Assembly: GCF_031769215.1 (NCBI RefSeq)
Contig: NW_026781877.1
Span: forward strand, 744,001 to 808,000
DNA length: 64,000 nt
Origin: Ylistrum balloti
Lineage: Eukaryota
Direction of reading: 5' to 3'
Below are positions 38,486-51,494 of the stretch, piece by piece (position 1 is the stretch's first letter; each line of letters begins with the position of its first letter). The notes under the pieces were generated by a model that saw only the letters and a list, made by a program, of their open reading frames with translations, ran no database searches and was not told the origin of the DNA. The translations under genes and the position numbers were made by a program.

Positions 38486-39162
38486 GGGAATCAAATGAAG
38501 AAGCCAAAATGTTGGCTAAGAAAGTTCGTGTTTTGTGCTGGGTAATGACTGGACCTAAAAATATTGACACAAAAGCAAGACATGTGAAAGCAACATGGGG
38601 TCGACGTTGTAACAAACTGATCTTCATGAGCTCAGCAGAGGTTAAAGACTTGCCTGCTGTTGCTCTGCCAGTGCAGGAAGGACGAGATAACCTATGGGCT
38701 AAGACAAAAGAGGCATTTAGATATATTCATAAACACCATATGGATGATGCTGATTGGTTTATGAAAGCTGATGATGATACCTTTCTAGTTGTAGAAAATT
38801 TACGATATTTCCTCAGTGAAAAAGATTCGGAGAATCCAGTGTATTATGGGCGGAGATTTAAGCCCTATGTGTCACAGGGCTATATGAGTGGTGGGGCTGG
38901 GTATGTTCTTAGTCGGAAAGCAGTCAATCTGTTGGTAGAAAAAGGAATAGATGATAGTTCTAAGTGTCGGTCTGATGGAGGAGGAGCAGAGGACCTGGAA
39001 CTGGGACGATGCATGCAGAAACTTGGAGTAGTGGCAGGAGATACAAGGGACGATCTTGAGAGGGAAAGATTCATGCCATTTGTGCCAGAACATCATCTTA
39101 TACCTGGTATTCTCCCTAAAGATATGTGGTACTGGAGTTACAGTTTCTACCCAGCTAAACAG
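38486..39162 (+). CDS. C1GALT1: C1GALT1 coding exon 2 (GT31 catalytic domain)
   Basis: KVRVLCWVMTGP, HVKATWGRRCNK, DWFMKADDDT (DxD), YYGRRFKPY, GYMSGGAGYVLS, EDLELGRCM and FVPEHHL all follow human C1GALT1. Acceptor TTACAG|, donor CAG|GTATGT. Confidence 0.97.
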
Positions 39163-39169
39163 GTATGTA

Positions 39170-39463
39170 AATATGTACAGGCCAGACTGATGTAAATGTG
39201 TGTTAATACTTTATATTAATTTGATACATGTAAGGGCCAGACTGACGTAAATCTGTCACTGTGTTTCTGTGGACAGGCTAGACTAATGTAAATGTGTGTT
39301 TATATTGATGCATGTAATGGCTTAGACTGATGTGAATTGATGTGTTTTTGTTGACAGGCCAAACTTATGTAAATCTGAGTTTCTGTTGACAGGTTAGACT
39401 TATGTTAATTGTGTGTTTATGTTGACAGGGCAAGCTAATGTAATTCTGTGATTCTGTTGACAG
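39170..39463 (+). repeat. Degenerate ~35-40-bp tandem repeat filling C1GALT1 intron 2; most units end in TGTTGACAG-like acceptors
   Basis: Units CAGG(C/T)YAGACT(G/A/T)ATGTAAAT...TGTTGA, about 7 copies. Confidence 0.85.
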
Positions 39464-40324
39464 GGACCAGATTGCTGCAGTGATTATGCAATTACTTTTC
39501 ATTATGTTAATCCAAACATGATGTATGTGCTGGAGTACCTTGTGTACCATCTTAAACCGTACGGATACAACACCATCAATCAATGCAGAGGTCAGGCAAA
39601 TGCCATAGAAAGTGCACAGGGTCAGAGTCAGGCAAATGCCGTAGAAAGTGCACAGGGTCAAAGTCAGAAAACTGCAACAGAAGCACAAAAAGATAAAGAA
39701 ATAACAAAAGAACACAAAGAAAATACACAGTTAAATAACAAAGAAATAAAAGAAGAGCATGAAGAAAAACTAGAGCTGCAAGATAAAGAAGAAAAAAAAC
39801 CCAAAGAAAACAGAGAAATAGAAAACACAGAAAACGGAGAAAAAGAAAACACAGAAAACGGAGAAAAAGAAAACACAGAAAACGGAGAAAAAGAAAACAC
39901 AGAAAACGGAGAAAAAGAAAACAATGAAAATGAAGAAAAAAATGAAGAAAAAGAAAACACAGAAAATGAAGAAAAAGAAAACACAGAAAATGGAGAAACA
40001 ATGGCTAAAAAAGAGGATGTACAGGAAGAAAAGCTGGCAGAAAATGTGGAGGAAAAGCCACAAGAGAAGGAAACTGGAGAAACAAAGGTAGAAAAGACTG
40101 ACACAAAGAAAGAAACAGAAGAGGAGGTTAAACAAGAGCAAGTCGAAATAGACGAAGAAAAATTCCAACAGATCACTAACAAAATCATTGAACAGGAAAA
40201 TAAAAAGAAAAAAAAAGTGAACATAGACAATGTAAAGCTATATCAAGTGGATGCAGCAGCACCTAAAGAGAAAGACAAGGAAACCATTGATAATGTTAAA
40301 TTATATAAACCAGATAACAGCTAG
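39464..40324 (+). CDS. C1GALT1: C1GALT1 coding exon 3 (end of the catalytic domain plus a ~250-aa E/K-rich tail)
   Basis: TGTTGACAG|GGA CCA GAT TGC TGC AGT GAT gives [14 protein letters not shown]...[13 protein letters not shown] (human GPGCCSDLAVSFHY...[13 protein letters not shown]). Open to TAG at 40324. Total CDS is 256+677+861=1794 nt, 597 aa. AATAAA at 40465 and 40674. Confidence 0.93.
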   Translation, partial: GPDCCSDYAITFHYVNPNMMYVLEYLVYHLKPYGYNTINQCRGQANAIESAQGQSQANAVESAQGQSQKTATEAQKDKEITKEHKENTQLNNKEIKEEHEEKLELQDKEEKKPKENREIENTENGEKENTENGEKENTENGEKENTENGEKENNENEEKNEEKENTENEEKENTENGETMAKKEDVQEEKLAENVEEKPQEKETGETKVEKTDTKKETEEEVKQEQVEIDEEKFQQITNKIIEQENKKKKKVNIDNVKLYQVDAAAPKEKDKETIDNVKLYKPDNS

Positions 40325-40798
40325 CATTAAATTAAAACCAAAATCAGAGTATAAATCAACAGGATATTTTTATCATATTTTTGTATAACTAAGTAATTTG
40401 TGATATATTTTGTTATGAAGAAATCCTACTAGAGGACCAGTCACTACAGTACAGTACAGTTCCTAATAAAAACCATTGTACTGATGTATAAACACGAAAA
40501 GGAATTTCCATCCAAAACAAAACTCATTTACCAATTGGATCAGTCTGTTTTTGATAGACCAGACAATACCCACTTGGTTGATGATGACAGAGTTATAATG
40601 TGGTAAGGAAATCCCATGCCAAACTATGGACTAGTATATAGAGATTATTAGAGTAATTTCAGTTTGATGTACAAATAAAATTGAATATTTCAAAATGTTT
40701 AAAATGATAGGTGATTATGTATACACACTTCTTTTCCTGAGAGCAGGATCAACATTTGATTTTTAGTCAATAATTTTATGAATATTTTTTTCCATTTA

Positions 40799-41373
40799 CA
40801 GGCTGTCATCCAATTCCTATATTTTGGTTGAAACACCTATATTTTTAAAGATCTATATTTCCTAAATTTTCCTATTTTTTGAAAAGCATTCCTATATTTT
40901 TTAAGGAAATTTGTCACCGATAAATGTAGAGATTGTAAATATTTCTTTGATACTGCTTTCGGCTTCTTTACTTTTGAGAATTCTTAAGTCTTTAACAACA
41001 TCACCAGCCACCAGAAAATGATTCAGTGCATCTCTTTATTGTCTGTATGGACACCTTGCAAGGCAGTACAACAGGATATTGGCCTTTCTGGTGCCCATTC
41101 AGATGATGATGACGATGAGCTATGCAGCAGCTCTCTGTCTGGATTGTGATGCTGTTGAAGTGAATGGTTACTTTAATATAGTTTTTAATCATTAATTAAT
41201 ACAGAAACAGTAAGTGAAGGTAAAAATTGTTAGTGTAAATGCCTTTGAATGAAACAATTTTCGTTTGGAAAACTCCTATATTTTACCCCAAACTAGGAAA
41301 ACACTACTATATTTGTTGAAAAAATATTCCTATATTCCTCCTTTATTTTGAAGAAGAGTTGGTTGACAGCCTG
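40799..41373. mobile_element. Tc1/mariner-type MITE (575 bp) with TA target-site duplication
   Basis: TA|CAGGCTGTCATCCAATTC ... GAGTTGGTTGACAGCCTG|TA, with repeated subterminal CCTATATT motifs at both ends. Confidence 0.7.
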
Positions 41374-44276
41374 TATTTACTATTTTCATTATGATGAAGA
41401 AATAGAGGAAAACTTAACAGGTCATGTGACCAGATATGTTGTATTGATAGTAATTAATTAGGTTGATTGAAAGAAATGAATAATTAGATGTAAGTGGTTA
41501 ATTTCAGGAGACTTATGCCATACACTCCTCATATAGAGATTTAAAATAATAGTCTCTAACTACTGAAACTATGATATTTTTGGATGAAAATGTATCTAAA
41601 TATTTGAGGTATTGGACATGGTTGTTTTTATGTGAGTGTTAAGGATGTTGTATGGATGAAGAAGCTCTTGTAGGTGACTTCTTTAAAAACATTATATTAA
41701 ATAGGTTGGAGTTCGTTTAAATGGATAGGAGGGAGGGTTATGGTTGATAAGATGGACACGTGCTGTCCCGTTTTAAACTTGAAACAGAGTAATGTTATAT
41801 ATAAGCATTCCACACCTTTGAAAGGCTTGTCAAATAATTAATGGGATGTTTGTGTCCATTCATTTTGTTTGATTGTTTTAAATTTTTTCTTTTATTTTTA
41901 TTGTTGTTTTCTCTCTAGACATCTAGATGTTAGACATTGCAGGTAATCACCAAATGGTTAAACTTTCACTTTAGGAAAATACAATCTGATTAAGATTGGC
42001 AGAAATAAATCATTACATGTTAATATGATAAGGGTTGTCTGATATAGAATACACAGTACACTGTATCTTCATTGAATGAACCATATTTATTTTTCAAAAT
42101 ATTTATTAAATATTTTTTATTGGATGTATTACAATTAATCAAAATTAGATGATTGGACTTTGTATCAGATTTTTTTATTTTGTTTTAAATGGATCTTTTG
42201 TTATTTTTAATTTATTTGGGATGAATGATGGAACATTGATTTATATTCTCGTGTATTAATCCTGTTTTGTTTTTAAATGAAATATCATTAACATGTACTT
42301 ATTGCACTATATCACAAATTGGTATGCGTTTGTCATTATACAACCATCAAAAATTTCTGTGGTATGGATCATGCCTGTATTATTGCGCCCCACCGGGTGT
42401 TTTATCATGTTGATTACCTCTTTAACAAAATGATGATATTCACACTCATGAAGCTTATAAGGTTATGAATGAAAGACTCATGTGTAACATCATCGTATTG
42501 CACTGGACTTGAATTTGGAATTTTTCTATTTTAAAATGCCAGTGGGAAGTAAATTCCGTTAGAAATGTGATCCCTATACTAATCATATCAAGCTTTCCTA
42601 TCAATAGAATTTTTGTTGAAAATTTGTATTTAGCAAATGAAATATGAATTTATGTGAAATGTTAATAGCATTGTTGTTGGTTCTGTTGCTGTGGTACCAG
42701 AAATACTGAAACAATAAGCTGTTTCATGACAGCAGTGATTAGGCATGAGAACTTGAGCTTAAGTAATCCCTTGATAAACTTAACAGAATAGAACGTTAAT
42801 CCTTAACTAGTTATGCATTTGATAATGCCTCTGTTGTTACATCATTAGATGTTTTATCCATTTCCAGATCTGCATTCCATTTTCAAATTATTAGATATAA
42901 TTTGGATGTATCATTTATCATGACAGCATTAAGAGCAATGTTAGAGATTTTAACGAAAGTTAAAATTTATGGAGTTTTGGCTAGTTTTTGTAAATTTGTG
43001 TTTTAGTCTGAAATGATTTGAAGATGTATGTAGTGCACAAAGAACTGTATAGGTATGGTTATGTATGATAAACATGACATGTTTATTAAGTTATATATGT
43101 ATGTACAGCTCATAAATTACCTCATGGTTGTCATTGATAATTAGCATTACACCAGTGCCTGTTAATAAGTCCAGCCCTCCTAGGTAGGTATATTGGGGTC
43201 CAAGTTTCTGTAACATCCTGTAACACTTTCTACCTGTTGCAGGAGGTTGATATATTAACCGTTGAGTTTATTGGAGGTTAAAAAAGGTGCCAGCCAAATC
43301 CTTACCAGCTAAAACTGCTACATTTGATTGTTTCATGGCTGTTTAGGTATTTTCATGATACTTTAAAGTTAATTAAATTATCAACTTTTATTACCTAACA
43401 GGAATTTTCTCAGATCTCAGACAGAGATTTACCTGTCACTTTCTTTACTACCTAACAGGAATTTTTTTCAGATCTTGGACTAAGGATTACTTTATTTACA
43501 ATCTAGTGAGAATTTCATGAGTCCTCATTTAATCATCAGTTCACTGCCCAACTGAAATTTTACCAAACAATGTTAAATTCAAGGTAATCAAAATGCAATG
43601 TAGCTTGTTGGCCCACTTTATAATTGTTATGGAGGGTAAGGTACAATATTGTCTGTTATGGAGAAATCATATATTTTATATACCATTTAGTGTTGAAATT
43701 TAGTGATCTTTAAATGTATATATAATAATTATAGTGGTTTTTTTCACTACTTTATCTTTTAAGAAAGGGGAGTACAATATCATATTTACAAAACTAGCAC
43801 ATAGTTTGATTTTATAAAATTCCAGCCCAACGTATATTTTCACATGGAATATTTTACTTGCCCTGAGGTGAATTATGAACTCTGGCTTTGGAAAATGTAC
43901 ACTTGCAATTGGCATGTATGTAAGTTTCAAATGTTACTTTGGAAGTTTGTTAGTATAAGATAATAGTTTCTTTCATTTGGTCTACATTTTCAGATACTTT
44001 AGTGGTGCAAATGTCTCCAGATACCTTAACTTGTTCAAAAGTGAGATTTTTAAAAAAGAATTATCTGACCAAATATCTTAAGTTGTATGCTAGTTTCAAG
44101 ACATCTCATATTGCACACTAGTTTCTAGATATCTTAATTTCAATATGTCTCAAGATATCTTAACTTGTATAATATTTTTTCAGATATCTTTATCTTTACA
44201 GATATTTTAAGTTGTAAACTTGTTGCCAGGTATCTAAATTTTATCTCAATAGTTTCCTTATACCTGTGCAAATCTC

Positions 44277-45362
44277 TTAACTGATACCAAAGTTTCCAAA
44301 TATTTTAACTTATACGTGTACCAAAGTTTATAGATATCTTAACTGATACATGTACCAAAGTTTCCAGATATCTTAACTGATACGTGTACCAAAGTTTCCA
44401 GATATCTTAACTGATACATGTACCAAAGTTTCCAGATATCTTAACTGATACATGTACCAAAGTTTCCAGATATCTTAACTGATACATGTACCAAAGTTTC
44501 CAGATATCATAACTGATACGTGTACCAAAGTTTCCAGATATCTTAACTGATACATGTACCAAAGTTTCCAGATATCATAACTGATACATGTACCAAAGTT
44601 TCCAGATATCTTAACTGATACATGTACCAAAGTTTCCAAATATCTTAACTGATACGTGTACCAAAGTTTCCAGATATCTTAACTGATACATGTACCAAAG
44701 TTTCCAGATATCTTAACTGATACGTGTACCAAAGTTTCCAAATATCTTAACTGATACATGTACCAAAGTTTCCAGATATCATAACTGATACATGTACCAA
44801 AGTTTCCAAATATTTAACTGATACATGTACCAAAGTTTCTAGATATCATAACTGATACATGTACCAAAGTTTCCAGATATCTTAACTGATACATGTACCA
44901 AAGTTTCCAGATATCATAACTGACACATGTACCAAAGTTTCCAGATATCTTAACTGATACGTGTACCAAAGTTTCCAGATATCATAGCTGACACATGTAC
45001 CAAAGTTTCCAGATATCATAACTGATACATGTACCAAAGTTTCCAAATATCTTAACTGATATGTGTACCAAAGTTTCCAGATATCTTAACTGATACATGT
45101 ACCAAAGTTTCCAGATATCATAACTGATACGTGTACCAAAGTTTCCAGATATCATAGCTGACACATGTACCAAAGTTTCCAGATATCTTAACTGATACAT
45201 GTACCAAAGTTTCCAGATATCTTAACTGATACATGTACCAAAGTTTCCAGATATCTTAACTGATACATGTACCAAAGTTTCCAGATATCATAACTGATAC
45301 GTGTACCAAAGTTTCCAAATATCATAACTGATACGTGTACCAAAGTTTCCAGATATCTTAAC
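44277..45362. repeat. 34-bp minisatellite (AACTGATACATGTACCAAAGTTTCCAGATATCTT), ~32 copies, with degenerate flanks ~44000-44276 and 45363-45760
   Basis: Period 34 checked (GATATC at 44401 and 44435). Confidence 0.97.
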
Positions 45363-47014
45363 TTGTACACAAGTTATTGTATATCAATTGACTTTTAAAC
45401 TAGTTTCCATATATATTAACTTATACAAAATTTTCGGTACTTCTAATCTAGTTTCTATATATTTAAAATTATACCAAATTGATGCAAATGTTTCCAGATG
45501 TTTTAAGTTGTAAACTATTTTCCAGATATCTAAAACTTGAAAAGAGTTTCCAGTTATCTTAAATTGTGAACTAATTTCCCGAGATCTTAACTTGTAACCA
45601 AGTTACCTGAGATTTTAACTTGTAAACAAGTTACCTGAAAATTTAACTTCTGAACATGTTTCTGGAGATTGTAACTTGTAAACAAGTTACCTGAGATTTT
45701 AACTCGTAAACACGTTTCCAGAGATCTTAACTTGTGAATAAGTTTGCCGGTATCTCTACTTGTACATTTGTATGAAAAGATGTATTACTTTGTATAAATG
45801 TGTCTTGATATCAATCATGTACACTGTACGAAGTATGCATGTTGCTAGATACTGCATATCATAAAAAACCTTGCGAAACCATTACATTACCTTAGCTATG
45901 CAAATTAAGACACAAGACATCTGGTTTTATAGATATATTTCAACAAACATGTATCTTAAAATGTATGTAATGGTCCAGATATATCATTTTTCAGAATCAT
46001 ATCAGATGAACTTGTATGTACCTGGTAGGTACAAATTTTCAGAGCTCTCTTTTAATTAATAGAGCTTGTGTAGAGTTTTAGCTAAAGTTTTAGTCAGATC
46101 TTTGTATTCTTGTTTAGATGTTACAATTTTCTCCAAAGTTATAATTAATATACCGGTATACACAGAACATGGTATAGGGTCTTTTTTTCTGTCATATTGG
46201 GTTTAGACTTTTTGAAAGGGGAATGTAGCAGGGGTATGATGGAGAATGATGTCTCAATCTGCTTGTTTGCATCTTTCATCTTCTATTAGACATTGTAATT
46301 TTCCAAACACTATTTCAATTCTAACATGGCCTTTTACCAAGAAATCCTGTTAACATATATCATAATTAAGCACTTTTTGCGCTGAAGATATTGCACCAAA
46401 ACAAGCATGCTGTTAATATAACAAGTATTTCAAATGCGCAAATTCATCAATGAGCTCCAATTGTATTGTGCTAAAATAAGTATACTGTATGTTTACTGTA
46501 GCTTGTAAGTCAAAGTGTAATTTTACACTCTGATATTGATTTCTCTGACAAGAAGAAGGCCAAATGCCAATTGACAGATATATACTTTTTTCAATAAAGG
46601 AAATTGGAGTCAAGATTCTTTATATATCCACAATGAAATTTATCTAAAAGTAAAAGGATTTCCTAACTGACCTGTACGCTCAATGTCTTTCTGGCATGAT
46701 ATTGAAAATGCATGCATTATCAAAGCAATATGTCTGAGTTCATGTTACAAATGACAGATTACAACACCTAACATGTATTGTTTAACATTGTTTACTCATT
46801 GTAAAAAGAATGTGATTTACAAGATTTGATTAACAATAAAATATTTTCATACATGGTTTTGTTTCTCAATTTTTCAACAGCATACAAATTCCTTACAAAA
46901 ATAATATGATTTTGGTTAAGATGAACAAGATATAAATATAAAATATGTATACAAGTAGATGGAATGAAGTTCCTGATAAGTACAAAATTATCCTCTGACA
47001 AAGCCTTCTTTATG

Positions 47015-48214
47015 AATTACAATATTATTGGGATATCAAAACTTGGGTACAGATACCACACTGTAACCACTGGCAATTACAATATTATTAGGATATCAAA
47101 ACTTGGGTACAGATACCACACTGTAACCACTGGCAATTACAATATTATTGGGATATCAAAACTTGGGTACAGATACCACACTGTAACCACTGGCAATTAC
47201 AATATTATTAGGATATCAAAACTTGGGTACAGATACCACACTGTAACCACTGGCAATTACAATATTATTAGGATATCAAAACTTGGGTACAGATACCACA
47301 CTGTAACCACTGGCAATTACAATATTATTAGGATATCAAAACTTGGGTACAGATACCACACTGTAACCACTGGCAATTACAATATTATTAGGATATCAAA
47401 ACTTGGGTACAGATACCACACTGTAACCACTGGCAATTACAATATTATTGGGATATCAAAACTTGGGTACAGATACCACACTGTAACCACTGGCAATTAC
47501 AATATTATTGGGATATCAAAACTTGGGTACAGATACCACACTGTAACCACTGGCAATTACAATATTATTGGGATATCAAAACTTGGGTACAGATACCACA
47601 CTGTAACCACTGGCAATTACAATATTATTGGGATATCAAAACTTGGGTACAGATACCACACTGTAACCACTGGCAATTACAATATTATTGGGATATCAAA
47701 ACTTGGGTACAGATACCACACTGTAACCACTGGCAATTACAATATTATTAGGATATCAAAACTTGGGTACAGATACCACACTGTAACCACTGGCAATTAC
47801 AATATTATTAGGATATCAAAACTTGGGTACAGATACCACACTGTAACCACTGGCAATTACAATATTATTAGGATATCAAAACTTGGGTACAGATACCACA
47901 CTGTAACCACTGGCAATTACAATATTATTAGGATATCAAAACTTGGGTACAGATACCACACTGTAACCACTGGCAATTACAATATTATTGGGATATCAAA
48001 ACTTGGGTACAGATACCACACTGTAACCACTGGCAATTACAATATTATTGGGATATCAAAACTTGGGTACAGATACCACACTGTAACCACTGGCAATTAC
48101 AATATTATTGGGATATCAAAACTTGGGTACAGATACCACACTGTAACCACTGGCAATTACAATATTATTAGGATATCAAAACTTGGGTACAGATACCACA
48201 CTGTAACCACTGGC
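47015..48214. repeat. 60-bp minisatellite, 20 near-identical copies
   Basis: AATTACAATATTATT(G/A)GGATATCAAAACTTGGGTACAGATACCACACTGTAACCACTGGC; only one variable site. Confidence 0.99.
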
Positions 48215-48511
48215 AAGAGCATTGATGCAATGGATACAATACTAATTCATGGATTGACTGGTCTTTACACCAGAGTGAAATTTCAGTAGTGGGGCAATAC
48301 ATTTTCCATAAATCAATATACAATTTCAAAATGGATTGTGCTTTATTCAACATAGGTCTATATTTTTTTAACAACTGATTTGCGAGTAAAGATTATACAG
48401 GATTAACTTATTGGGATTCAATTTATTATATCAAGAATGTTTTATATGATTCATATAATGATATATTTTGTGATAATTTATAGATACATAATTACGTACA
48501 AATTACACAAC

Positions 48512-48785
48512 CTAAGAGAATACATAAAATAGTACTCCAAGCGTTACCATGACGACAGATGACAAGACCAGTCTAAGTCTCCAGTGTGCTTTACTTCTTT
48601 GTAATTTCCCATGTAAATCTCGCACTTGTTTTTCAGTTGATATCAAACTTCCACTATTGTCTATTACATAGGTGGCAGCTTTTACTTTCTGAGCCAATGG
48701 CATCTGAGCTTCCATTCTGCCTCTTGCTTCCTCTTCTGTCAGTTTATTTCTTTCCATCAATCGCTCTAACTGTTGGTCCTTAGAA
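48512..48785 (-). CDS. DCAKD: Dephospho-CoA kinase domain-containing protein, exon 4 (last)
   Basis: QLERLMERNKLTEEEARGRMEAQMPL...YVIDNSG plus a C-terminal TM helix. Acceptor TTTCAG|, stop TAG; minus-strand AATAAA at 48427-48422 and 48347-48342. Confidence 0.95.
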
Positions 48786-49629
48786 CTGAAATGTAAATGA
48801 ACAAACAATCATGTTTTTAAGTCACAAGAACTTTAAAACTAATCATCATCTTGTTTTCTTTTCTTAATGAGGACCATAAATGTGAAACTGAAATGTTTCA
48901 AACTTGTTCCCTTCATTAACTGATGAACTTAAAAGATAAATATCAACGAGATGATAATGATGATTAATGATTGAGCCTGGGGATTGCTTGCCAGTTCCTT
49001 CCACACAAAGTTGTTGAATAAGAAGCTCGAGGGCTGAATCTCACCCAACTGAATATATAATAGCTACTGGTTGCTGGTTGATTCCACGACTTTTATACTT
49101 CTACATGTAACTGGATAATTACATAATTTACTCATACTAGGACATCCCATATCTGCTCACATGTCTGAAGATCCAGTTGTTGGTGACTAAATCATGTCTT
49201 TAAAGTACATGTATAACCAGCAAATGGTCACATGACTCAACAAAGAAAAAACTGACACGTCAACAAAATCTTGATTCAAACTTAACTTCAATGAAACCAG
49301 AACAAAATATGAACAAAAGAATGATTCACATGGAGACTCGTGAAAAAGCATAAAAATAAGACCAGGTGCTCTGGTAGGGTAAGTATCTTCTGCTTTGTCA
49401 ACAAAAGCAGCCATGTAAGTCTCAGTAAATCCTATCTATATCAGCACTTTGTCTCATACTAATACAATGTACATCCAAGAACTGATGACATGACAGGACT
49501 TTACATGTGTATATATGTAGTAGCAGGTCATATGACTTACTTGGTTTGATATCAAATTCATGTAGCGAGTCAGCCTCACCAATATATTTAAACCTTTTGT
49601 ACAGATAGTCAGTGAGACAAATTACTTAC

Positions 49630-49717
49630 CAATTCACAACTATGGTGTATGTCATGTAAGGTAGGATTTTCCCAGTCTCATACAGCAGTGGGATGTCCAG
49701 GATAGCAAAGCAATGGC
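49630..49717 (-). CDS. DCAKD: DCAKD exon 3
   Basis: Not in the ORF track. TTTATAG|GC CAT TGC TTT GCT ATC CTG GAC ATC CCA CTG CTG TAT GAG gives GHCFAILDIPLLYETGKILPYMTYTIVVNC (human ILDIPLLFET). Donor TG|GTAAGT. Confidence 0.95.
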
Positions 49718-50304
49718 CTATAAAGTAGTAAGTCTGGGTCAGTTTAATTTATGACAGATAAGGTTAAGTCTGATCTTGTACATCAATCCCATCTATTATC
49801 AATTTTCCTTGTTTTTGTTGACGATACTATATAATAATTACATGTATGTAGCATTTCTTGTTTAACAATAAAAAGTAAGTGAATATTTCAAGGTTGAACA
49901 ATACCTGTACATTATGTACTCATCAAATCAAAGAAGGAAGGTGATATTCCATGATAAGTTCCCAGATCAATATTTCAATGATCTGTCATCAACCCAATGC
50001 TGTAAAAGTGTCATAAATATGTGGACAATTCACAACACTGGAGGTTAAAGGTCATTTAATACAGGAGGAATGTGACAAAACGATATCAATTATCACATTC
50101 CATTTCTTTTGATAATGGATTTGATTTTACATGTAAATGTATATAGAGTTATTCAAACAAAATACTCAGTGCCTTCTTTGATATTAATTCAAAAACCCTT
50201 TGGAAACAAAACAATAGTCATATAGATTTAGGCAACAACTTTCTGTGATATTTTAGTTTCATTTACTGCTGGAAAAAAAAGAAGAAAAAGAAAATTGTTT
50301 TCAC

Positions 50305-50508
50305 CTCTTATGAAGAGCTTGAAAATTCTCCATAGCATGATTTTATGTATTTCAGGGTGAGTGAGTGAATTCAATATTCGTCTTTCCTGAGGATCAGCAA
50401 AAATGATCTCTCCAAGTTTCTCTCGGTTGAGTTCTCCATTCTCCAATAAAACTTTGTCTCCAAAATGTTGTCGAATTTTCTTCCAGGCTGGAGCTCCAGG
50501 GGCAACAA
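50305..50508 (-). CDS. DCAKD: DCAKD exon 2
   Basis: VVAPGAPAWKKIRQHFGDKVLLENGELNREKLGEIIF...LNSLTHPEI. Acceptor CATAG|, donor AG|GTGAAA, phase 1-1. Confidence 0.95.
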
Positions 50509-51382
50509 CTATGTAATACAAAAGGGAGAAAACACAATATAAGAAGATCTACAGAAAATATAATTACTTTCACATCAGGCATTACTATATCTTCAATCCC
50601 TTGCTGTTGTGAATCTGGCCACATGAAATGTGACATTTACTTTATAGGTATGGCCACTTGTTTTAAATATACATGTACACTAATTGAATGCATACCTCTG
50701 TGGTATGATCCTTGCATTATATATACTGTCTACTGATTTTTGTTTCCTTCAAACTTTTATGAAATTTTGGTCTGGAAGCAACATAAGAACAGTATCTAAA
50801 AAAAGAACAGCTGAACGCAGCATGTTTGTGATATATGCCTCATCAATGTTCCTAACATTATTGCATAATAGCATTAACTATATTGTATATGTGATCGAAT
50901 AAAAGCTAACTGATTAACACAGCCACCAATTTTCAAACTATTGGACAGATGCTTACTTTTGCTCAGTGTTAAGGTTTGGGGAGATATTTCAATGATATGA
51001 AACTAAAGCTTACATGTATGGGAAAAATACATGTAAAGCATTTTGTAGAGGATAATGATTTTTTTTTCACATTGATAGCAATTTTTGTTAATCTATACAC
51101 GAATTTCACGAAGCTTAATTGTTGAAGAAAGTGCTGGATATGTTCATGTATGTTATCGGGATAGAATTGTTTGAAAGAGTCCAAGATTTACAAGGAAAGG
51201 ATAATTTGTGAAAGATAGTTCCATTGAATAATTGTGTATGTGTAGAACGAGAATTAGTAGGACGGGAATGTTTTCAGGTCCAACTGAAACTGACAGATAA
51301 CCGGAATTTGTGGTTTCCCCAACCTAGTCATACACACTAGTCATAACGCATGCTATAAACTTTACAATAATATCTTATTTAC

Positions 51383-51494
51383 CTTCCCTCGCTAGCTTGT
51401 CTGCATCGATAACATTACACCCAAGTTCGGACAGGAGTTTAGAAACTGTAGATTTTCCAGAAGCTATGCCCCCGGTAAGACCAACAAGAAACAT
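51383..51494 (-). CDS. DCAKD: DCAKD exon 1 (P-loop)
   Basis: [37 protein letters not shown]; donor G|GTAAAT. Total CDS is 112+204+88+274=678 nt, 225 aa. Confidence 0.96.

Noticed and set aside
39576-40230. Phe/Leu/Ser-rich minus-strand ORFs
   Set aside because: Antisense shadows of the GAA-rich C1GALT1 tail.
43500-43545. Minus-strand CTGATGA...ATGAG/CTCAT-GAAA as a hammerhead
   Set aside because: Four unpaired nt separate the core from the stem, the loop is only 2 nt, and no stems I or III are present.
46964-48289. 441-aa ORF as a real CDS
   Set aside because: It is entirely explained by a stop-free 60-bp unit. Kept only as a testable curiosity in the findings.
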